Assembly (NCBI RefSeq): GCF_037042905.1
Contig: NC_087249.1
Span: 9,736,001-9,800,000 of the forward strand
DNA length: 64,000 nucleotides
Reading direction: 5' to 3'
Origin: Lytechinus pictus
Taxonomy: Eukaryota
In this document: positions 24,432 to 31,744 of the stretch, piece after piece
Layout: each line of letters begins with the position of its first letter
Position numbering within the stretch: position 1 is the stretch's first letter
Made by a program: the position numbers and the translations under genes
Notes under the pieces: generated by a model
Database searches by the model: none
Seen by the model: only the letters and a program-made list of their open reading frames with translations
Told to the model about the DNA's origin: nothing

Positions 24432-26408
24432 ATGGAACCCACAGAACCCACATCAATCTCAGAATCGAGAATACACCCTATTCATGCTAATGAAACTGTC
24501 CCTTATGGTTTGGGAACAATTCAACCGGAGGAAGGAGCATCATTTGTCACGGTAGATGAATACCACGTGTCAGACCACGTGCGAAGCTTTCCACAGCACG
24601 CAGCCTATGGGGACGCACGACGCGTCGGTAGTAGATTGTATGATGCGTTAATGGTGGAGGACGCTCGCCAGGTGCGTTCGTTGGGCAACGAATATAACGC
24701 ACGAGGTGTTATGAGCGGACACAGGGAGGAGCAGATTTCAAACAACACGCACACACTGCGTTCGGCGTTGGGCAACAGGAGCTACGACGCACAGAGCGTT
24801 ATGGACGGACCAAACAAAGAGATTTTTCCTGACACTACGCACGAAGCGTGCGTGTTAAGCAACGAAAACCGCGACGCAGGAAGCGTTGTGATTGGGCATG
24901 GTGAGGAGCTGATCTCTGAAAGTACGCACGCGGTGCGTTCGGTCAGCGACGAAGGCCTCAACGCACAAGGCGTTTTGAGAGAACGCAATAGGGCGACGAC
25001 CCCTGATAACGCACACATGGTGCGTTCGTTGAGCAACGAAAGCCGCAACGCACAATGCGTTTCGAGAGAACACAATAGGGCAACGACCCCTGATAACGCA
25101 CACACAGTGCGTTCGTTGAGCGACGATGGCTACAACGCACAAGGCGTTCCGAGAGCACGCAGTAGGGCTATGACCCTTGATAACACACACACAGTGCGTT
25201 CGTTGAGCAACGAAGGCCGCAACGCGCGAAGCGTTTTGACAGGACGCAATGATGCGTCGATCCCAGGCCCCATGCACAGGGCACATATATTCGACAACGA
25301 CTATCGCAACGCAAGAAGCGTTAGTAGTTGTCACAATGGTTTGATAGCAGACATTGCACACTCATTGCGATCTCAAGGCAGCGAACGCCCAGACGCACAA
25401 GGCGATTGGAACTATCGGGAAGGAGAGGCCCTAGATTCGCATCGCGCACGCATTCTGCGTTCATTTGATCACCTAAACTACGACGCACAGTGTGCAGGAA
25501 AAGAAAGGAGACAACCTGAATACTCGGCCATGGATCATGAATACTTGCCTCAGAGGATAGGCAGGCCTATTGTATCTGTGCGCCCACCTGACAGGACAAT
25601 CAGAAAGCCAGTGTATGAGCCAGGCACATTCACAGGAAAGGAAGTTTTTGAGAGCTATTTAAGTCATTTTGAAATAGCAGCAGATATTAACGCTTGGAAC
25701 AATCGAGAGAAGGCTGTATTTCTGGCAGCAAGTCTGCGTGGTGGTGCTCAGGAGATTCTAATGGAACTGTCACCATCACAGAGAGTGAATTATGAGTTTC
25801 TAGTAGCCGCCTTGACTACCCGTTATGCATCAAGAGGTCAAGCAGAGTTAAACCGTTTGAAGCTCAAGAACAGGAGGCAGGGAGCGGGAGAAACCCTGAC
25901 AGAATTGGCTCATAGTGTAAAGTGTCTGATCAGGAAGGTATATCCTGTTGCATCTGAGGATACAAGAAGGACACTAGCTAAGGATAGTTTCGTTGATGCT
26001 CTGAAGGATGCTGAAGTTCGCTTTGAGGTTATGAAAGCCCAGTGTGAAACAATCGACGATGCACTTGTTGTTGCAGCGAGGATCTCTGAGCTCAAGACTA
26101 CAGAAGCAATGCGAGTAAACTACAGACAAGTTCGGACTCTGAATGCAGAGACCGAGGAAGAAAAAGAGCCAACTGAACATCAACTGGAGACATTGGTGAA
26201 AGAACTGCAGTTGACTGTCACCCAGTTGAGAAAAGACATGGCAGATATGTCCAAGGATAGGTCGAAAGGTTACAGATCCCAATCAAGAACCAAATCCTTC
26301 GCAGAAAAAAACAAAGAAGCTACATGCTGGAATTGCGGGAGCGAAGGGCACTTCAAGGCTAATTGTCCTGCAATGACAGAAGGAAACAGCAAGCAACAGG
26401 AAAACTAG
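24432..26408 (+). CDS. gag: Gag with N-terminal 29-aa repeat array, capsid region, coiled coil and CCHC knuckle
   Basis: First ATG after the PBS; YEPGTFTG..FESYLSHFE..A..N.W...EKAVFLAASLRG capsid-like motif; CWNCGSEGHFKANC. Confidence 0.95.
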   Translation: MEPTEPTSISESRIHPIHANETVPYGLGTIQPEEGASFVTVDEYHVSDHVRSFPQHAAYGDARRVGSRLYDALMVEDARQVRSLGNEYNARGVMSGHREEQISNNTHTLRSALGNRSYDAQSVMDGPNKEIFPDTTHEACVLSNENRDAGSVVIGHGEELISESTHAVRSVSDEGLNAQGVLRERNRATTPDNAHMVRSLSNESRNAQCVSREHNRATTPDNAHTVRSLSDDGYNAQGVPRARSRAMTLDNTHTVRSLSNEGRNARSVLTGRNDASIPGPMHRAHIFDNDYRNARSVSSCHNGLIADIAHSLRSQGSERPDAQGDWNYREGEALDSHRARILRSFDHLNYDAQCAGKERRQPEYSAMDHEYLPQRIGRPIVSVRPPDRTIRKPVYEPGTFTGKEVFESYLSHFEIAADINAWNNREKAVFLAASLRGGAQEILMELSPSQRVNYEFLVAALTTRYASRGQAELNRLKLKNRRQGAGETLTELAHSVKCLIRKVYPVASEDTRRTLAKDSFVDALKDAEVRFEVMKAQCETIDDALVVAARISELKTTEAMRVNYRQVRTLNAETEEEKEPTEHQLETLVKELQLTVTQLRKDMADMSKDRSKGYRSQSRTKSFAEKNKEATCWNCGSEGHFKANCPAMTEGNSKQQEN

Positions 26409-29400
26409 AACCTACCGACTTTAAGGGTCGAGAGCCGGTAGAAATTCCCAAAAGGCCCAATGGGACAAGAATCGAGGAAGCTCGATATATGCCTGTTAGA
26501 TCAGCTCGGTCAGGAGATATTGGTCTTTTTGTTGATGTCATGATTGGTGACCACACAGTCCGGATGCTGGTAGATTGCGGTGCTTCAGTTTCTGTCATGA
26601 AGACAAGTGTTGCCTCACTCATCGGATGTGATGAGCTCCTTGAGAGAGACATAGGTGTTAAAATGACTACTGCGAGTGATGTGCACAGTATTCCCTTCAA
26701 GGGTAAAGGAGAACTGAACATGTGTCTAGGAGGGAAGTTACGTAGGAAACTAGTTTGGTTTGCAGACGTAAAAGAAGATGGAATTCTTGGTCTTGATTGC
26801 CTTGAGGACTGGAAATGCAAAGTTGATTTTGGTCGTCGGGAAATGTGGGTAGATGGTGTAAAGGTCCCTTGCCATAGCTTTGAAGGGCCGCCTGCTTGTT
26901 GCAGAGTCACTGTGAGTGATACCGTCACCCTACCACCCCTCACTGGACAAGTTATCAAGGGTCAAATGGAAGACAATTTGGCATTCACTGACGTAATCCT
27001 GGAACCTTCGTCTAAGTGGACTGGCTCAGGAAGTGTTCTAGTTGATGCGGCAGTGATGAGGCCGGGCGCCAAGACAATACCAGTGAGAGTCATCAATGTA
27101 ACCAACCAACCTGTCAAGTTTTACAAAGGGACCACCGTTGGTCAATGTCAGAAAGCTGAGGTAGTTACACAGGAAACTGTCTCCGGAGACAACCCTTCTA
27201 AGACCGACAAGACTCCGTACATAACTGTTGATGGAATGAAGATACCAGAACATTTGCAAGACACATGGAAACACAGCGCACAACTTATTAACAAGGACGA
27301 GAGGGTGAAGTTGAGTAAGCTCCTTTGCAAGCACTCGGAGGTTTTCTCCAGAGGTAAAGATGACCTGGGGAGAACAGATGTAGTGAAGCACCAGATTGAA
27401 ACGGGGACATTTCCTCCTATTCGACAGAGAGCAAGGAGATTACCTGTCCATCAAAGACATGAAGAATCGGCACAAATTGAAGATATGACAAGACGTGGTG
27501 TGATTGAACCGTCTGAAAGCCCGTGGGCTTCACCAATCGTGTTAGTCAAGAAGAAGGACGGTTCTACCCGGTTCTGCGTTGACTTCAGGAAGCTGAATGA
27601 TGTGACCACCAAAGATGCGTTTCCACTCCCACGTATTGATGATTCATTTGACAGATTGTCTGGATCAAAATGGTTCTCAACTCTCGATCTGCAAAGTGGT
27701 TACTGGCAAGTAGAGATGTCAGAACAAGATCGGGAGAAGACTGCATTCATCACAGCGTATGGCCTTTATCAGTTTCGTGTGATGCCGTTTGGGCTCTGCA
27801 ATGCCCCTGCAACTTTCGAGCGGCTGATGACAAAAGTCCTGGATGAGTTGATTAACAACATCTGCCTGGTATATCTCGATGACGTCATTGTATACAGTTC
27901 GTCTGTACTGGAGCAGCTCGACCGACTGGACACCATATTTGACAGGCTGAAGAGCTTTGGATTAAAACTTAATCCAAATAAATGTGTCCTGTTACAGAAA
28001 GAAGTGGCATTCTTGGGTCACGTGGTATCAGCAGCAGGAGTTTCAGCTGATCCCAAAAAGATCAGTAGTGTCAAGGAATGGCCCACCCCGCAGACTGTAC
28101 ACCATGTCAGATGTTTCCTTGGACTATGCTCCTACTACAGAAAATTTGTGAAGGGTTTTGGAGACATTGCAAGACCGCTCCACCAGCTTACAGAGAAGGG
28201 ACGAGTATTCCACTGGACAGAAGAGTGTGAGGAAGCTTTCAGGAGACTAAAACATGAGCTGACTCACTCCCCAGTCCTGGCATACCCTACTGCTGACGAT
28301 CCATTTATCCTTGACACTGATGCAAGTGCAAACGGACTCGGAGCAGTCCTCACCCAGGTGCAACATGGTACAGAGAAGGTCATAGCATACTACAGCAAGT
28401 CTATGTCCAAGGCAGAGAGGCGTTATTGTGTCACAAGGAAGGAATTACTTGCTGTTGTGGAAGGAGTGAAACAATTTCATCACTACCTCTATGGAAGGAA
28501 ATTCACAGTGCGGTCAGATCATGGAGCGTTGAAGTGGCTGTTAAACTTCCGCAATCCTGTTGGTCAGGTAGCTCGGTGGTTGGAGCTTCTTGGTACCTAT
28601 GACATGGACATTCAACACAGGGCAGGTCGCATTCATGGAAATGCAGATGCGCTTTCGAGGAGACCCTGTCAGGACTGTTCACATTGTCAAAGACTGGAAG
28701 AAAACGACACAATAAAAACATCTATCTTGAAGGAAGTCTTATCTGTCGGCACTAATACCGAAGATGACTGTCCTGAAGCTGGAATGATCCACGTCGCTAC
28801 CTTAGGAACCCAGCAGGCAGTTCAGCTGACAAATGGTAGCATTGACGCCCCATCAAATGAACAGGAAGATCCCTTGTGGACAAAGTCCTATTTGAGAGAT
28901 GTACAGAGCCAGGACCCCGAGTTAGATCAAATCATCCAATGGAAGAAAAAGGGGACACGTCCCTCATGGCGAGAGGTAGCACCCCTTAGCCCCAAAATAA
29001 AGTCTCTTTGGAGTCAGTGGGAAAGGCTACAGTTGGAAGAGGACGTCCTGTATCGTCGATGGGAATCCCTCAACGGAAAGGAAGTCTCTCTTCAATTGGT
29101 TCTACCTGTTGCATTGCGCAAGAAAGTCTTTGCAGAGTGCCATGAATCCAAGGTTGCAGGTCATATGGGTAGCAAACGGACAATTGAAAGAATTCGACGG
29201 CGTTGCTATTGGCCTCAACTTAGTATGGATGTTGAACTTTGGTGCAAACTTTGCCGCACATGTGAGTCCAGGAAGAACCCATCTCGGCGCCCTCGAGCCC
29301 CACTCCAGGTATACAACGTCGGTGCTCCAATGGAACGTGTATCAATGGACGTCATGGGACCCCTTCCACAGTCAGACCGAGGCAACAAATACGTGCTCGT

Positions 29401-30541
29401 AATCTGTGACTACTTCACCAAGTGGACTGAGTCTTTTGCAATTCCGAACCAAGAAGCAGCAACAGTTGCACGAATCTTCGTGGAAGAATTTGTCTGCAGA
29501 TACGGTGTGCCATTGGAACTTCATACTGATCAGGGTCGGAATTTCGAGGCAGCTCTTTTCCAAAGTGTTTGTGAGATCTTGGGGTGTTCAAAGACCAGAA
29601 CTACAGCATTCCATCCTCAGAGTAACGGAATGGTTGAACGTTTCAACCGGACCTTGGAGGATTTATTGGCCAAGGCTGTTGCCGATCATCAGAAGGACTG
29701 GGACGAATGTTTACCTCTGGTCATGATGGCATACCGCTCGTCCCAACATGAAGCTACTGGTTACATTCCTAGTGAGCTGATGATGGGTAGGCAGATGATT
29801 CTTCCAGTGGATCTGCTGATTGGAAGCTCTGGGACACCAGAATCTAGTTACCCTGAGTTCACAGAGCAACTGCAGGACCGCATGAATTACACCCACCAGT
29901 TGACAAGAGAGCGCTTGAGGGTTAACACGGACCGGAACAAGCGTACTTACGACACTCACAAGGCAGGGGAAGGTCATCAACAAGGAGATGCGGTGTGGCT
30001 TCACACTAAAAGGCGGAAAAAAGGAATTTCTCCAAAGCTACAGAGGAGTTGGACTGGCCCATTCTATGTCATTGATGCTCTTAGTGATGTGACCTATCGG
30101 ATTCAGGAAACGTCTAAATCAAAGCCAAAGGTTGTTCATTTCAACCGCTTAAAGACGTATGTTGGAGCCCCTGTGCCGAACTGGGCTTTGAAGAAGATCA
30201 ATGAAAAGTCTTCATCTTCAGCCACAGTCGACGCATCCCCAGAGGAACACCCGCAGACACAGCAAGAAGCTCAATCACAGGAAGAAAGTTCTGTGGAAAC
30301 CGGAGCTAGAGTAGACATTTCTAGCAAAGAGCATGACTGTCCAACAGATACAGATCGTACTGCAGAGGCGAGAACAAGGAGGAAGAAACGACTCTACTCA
30401 GAAGTCGCTGCTACGTCCAACAGCAAAGAAACATCCGCACTTGACCAGGAACCACCTCTTGCAAAGGAGCAGAGAACCGGCAACCAGATGCTACCACGCC
30501 GTAGTAAACGCCTGCGAAAGACGCCATTGCGTTTTTATTGA
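26363..30541 (+). CDS. pol: Pol polyprotein (PR, RT, RNase H, IN), expressed as Gag-Pol
   Basis: LVDCGAS protease; SPWASPIVLVKKKDG..RFCVD, MPFGLCNAPATF and YLDD RT; LDTDAS RNase H; H..GH..C..C and D,D(35)E integrase; uninterrupted ORF. Confidence 0.97.
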   Translation: MSCNDRRKQQATGKLEPTDFKGREPVEIPKRPNGTRIEEARYMPVRSARSGDIGLFVDVMIGDHTVRMLVDCGASVSVMKTSVASLIGCDELLERDIGVKMTTASDVHSIPFKGKGELNMCLGGKLRRKLVWFADVKEDGILGLDCLEDWKCKVDFGRREMWVDGVKVPCHSFEGPPACCRVTVSDTVTLPPLTGQVIKGQMEDNLAFTDVILEPSSKWTGSGSVLVDAAVMRPGAKTIPVRVINVTNQPVKFYKGTTVGQCQKAEVVTQETVSGDNPSKTDKTPYITVDGMKIPEHLQDTWKHSAQLINKDERVKLSKLLCKHSEVFSRGKDDLGRTDVVKHQIETGTFPPIRQRARRLPVHQRHEESAQIEDMTRRGVIEPSESPWASPIVLVKKKDGSTRFCVDFRKLNDVTTKDAFPLPRIDDSFDRLSGSKWFSTLDLQSGYWQVEMSEQDREKTAFITAYGLYQFRVMPFGLCNAPATFERLMTKVLDELINNICLVYLDDVIVYSSSVLEQLDRLDTIFDRLKSFGLKLNPNKCVLLQKEVAFLGHVVSAAGVSADPKKISSVKEWPTPQTVHHVRCFLGLCSYYRKFVKGFGDIARPLHQLTEKGRVFHWTEECEEAFRRLKHELTHSPVLAYPTADDPFILDTDASANGLGAVLTQVQHGTEKVIAYYSKSMSKAERRYCVTRKELLAVVEGVKQFHHYLYGRKFTVRSDHGALKWLLNFRNPVGQVARWLELLGTYDMDIQHRAGRIHGNADALSRRPCQDCSHCQRLEENDTIKTSILKEVLSVGTNTEDDCPEAGMIHVATLGTQQAVQLTNGSIDAPSNEQEDPLWTKSYLRDVQSQDPELDQIIQWKKKGTRPSWREVAPLSPKIKSLWSQWERLQLEEDVLYRRWESLNGKEVSLQLVLPVALRKKVFAECHESKVAGHMGSKRTIERIRRRCYWPQLSMDVELWCKLCRTCESRKNPSRRPRAPLQVYNVGAPMERVSMDVMGPLPQSDRGNKYVLVICDYFTKWTESFAIPNQEAATVARIFVEEFVCRYGVPLELHTDQGRNFEAALFQSVCEILGCSKTRTTAFHPQSNGMVERFNRTLEDLLAKAVADHQKDWDECLPLVMMAYRSSQHEATGYIPSELMMGRQMILPVDLLIGSSGTPESSYPEFTEQLQDRMNYTHQLTRERLRVNTDRNKRTYDTHKAGEGHQQGDAVWLHTKRRKKGISPKLQRSWTGPFYVIDALSDVTYRIQETSKSKPKVVHFNRLKTYVGAPVPNWALKKINEKSSSSATVDASPEEHPQTQQEAQSQEESSVETGARVDISSKEHDCPTDTDRTAEARTRRKKRLYSEVAATSNSKETSALDQEPPLAKEQRTGNQMLPRRSKRLRKTPLRFY
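26399..26441 (+). promoter_or_regulatory. Putative -1 ribosomal frameshift signal
   Basis: G GAA AAC directly before the gag TAG; pol is in the -1 frame; downstream stem CTACCG...CGGTAG with an alternative CGAC/GTCG pairing. Confidence 0.7.
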
Positions 30542-30653
30542 AATCTTTTACCTGTCAGATTTGTATATACGCCATTTCAATATCTTGATTAAGTTTTTTT
30601 TAAATAAATTTCATCTCCATTCTCTTCTCTGCAGTTGACAGACATCAATAATC

Positions 30654-31211
30654 ATGCCTGGAACAAACAGGGAACTGTGGATGGGATGTACTCAGTGTCA
30701 TCGTCAGTTCAAGACAGTTGAGGACTTGAAAGACCACGCAGAGCGTTCACACCCTCCAAGACAGCACAACTGCCAGAAATGCTCATATACCAGCAATCGC
30801 AGATATGATGTGGAAAGACACTTCCGCAATGTCCATGGAGAGAGTCGAAGGCCAGAACGTGATCGACACACATCCCCCGAAAGACCTACACCAGTTCGCG
30901 CTGTGAAAAGCATGATTGTGCCGGCACCAGAGGGAACCCAGCAAGGAAAACAGAAAGACAAAAAGAGAGCCCGCTCAGAGACCCCGCTCTCCTTGAATCC
31001 ACAGTCCGACCAGGAGCTGTCAGCTGGAGAGGAGTACACTGGTCCCTCCGCGTCCCTTGTGGTAGACGAGGCCAAGGGCGAGGTCGCGAGAAAGGCGCTG
31101 TCTGTACAACGAAGAGAGAAGAAAAGAGGACGTCATTATCGTCGAGTAACCGAGACTGTTGTTTTTCCCGATGGCCGGCTGTTCAGGGTGGAGACTGAAG
31201 AGTGGAATTGA
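30654..31211 (+). CDS. Gypsy accessory ORF3: double C2H2 zinc-finger protein (185 aa)
   Basis: CTQC-x12-HAERSH and CQKC-x12-HFRNVH; basic NLS-like KQKDKKRAR; lies between pol and the PPT; acceptor TTCTCTTCTCTGCAG ends at 30634. Confidence 0.85.
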   Translation: MPGTNRELWMGCTQCHRQFKTVEDLKDHAERSHPPRQHNCQKCSYTSNRRYDVERHFRNVHGESRRPERDRHTSPERPTPVRAVKSMIVPAPEGTQQGKQKDKKRARSETPLSLNPQSDQELSAGEEYTGPSASLVVDEAKGEVARKALSVQRREKKRGRHYRRVTETVVFPDGRLFRVETEEWN

Positions 31212-31368
31212 GCCTCGCCGGATCCCAAAGCTTGGATAGCATATAGTTAAGCGAACTTTGTTGTTGTTGTTGTTTTTTTTTAAATGTTAATATAACCTTG
31301 CTCTAGATGTGTTTTGCAAATATTAAACCTTGGTTATGTTTTAATTCGAAACGAGGACGTTTCATTCT

Positions 31369-31381
31369 AAGAAGAGGGTAG
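31369..31381 (+). other. Polypurine tract
   Basis: AAGAAGAGGGTAG abutting the 3' LTR. Confidence 0.85.
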
Positions 31382-31719
31382 TGTAGCGCCTGAAGGTTCT
31401 AACGTAGAGGGCGCAGAAAGGAGAAAAATACGAAGAGGAAACGAACGGAAGACAGATAGAAGATCGGGAGAGATACAAGAATTGTAATCCAGATTAATCG
31501 GTAAATTGCCCTATATAATCAGTTATTATTGTTCATGATTGGATTGTTGAATACTTACTAAATAAATGTTGTTAATGTGAATGAACGGCATCACAGAAGG
31601 ATTCTTATTTTAGCGTGAATCAATGGTGTGTGATTGACGTATACGTGAGTTCAGTGAGAGCTACATTGAAGCACACGGAGAAGAAGATTTGGCGAGATTT
31701 GAGTGTGGGGAGCGTTACA
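31382..31719 (+). repeat. 3' LTR (338 bp)
   Basis: Direct repeat of 24060-24397, followed by the GTAT TSD. Confidence 0.98.
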
Positions 31720-31744
31720 GTATGTATGTGTATGGACAACCAGT

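Larger units (their letters stand above)
24060..31719 (+). mobile_element. Intact Ty3/Gypsy LTR retrotransposon (7660 bp)
   Basis: Two TG...CA LTRs, GTAT TSD (24056-59, 31720-23), PBS, PPT, gag and pol in PR-RT-RH-IN order. Confidence 0.98.

Noticed and set aside
30654..31211. ORF3 as an env gene
   Set aside because: No signal peptide, TM helix or fusion peptide; it has C2H2 fingers and basic patches.
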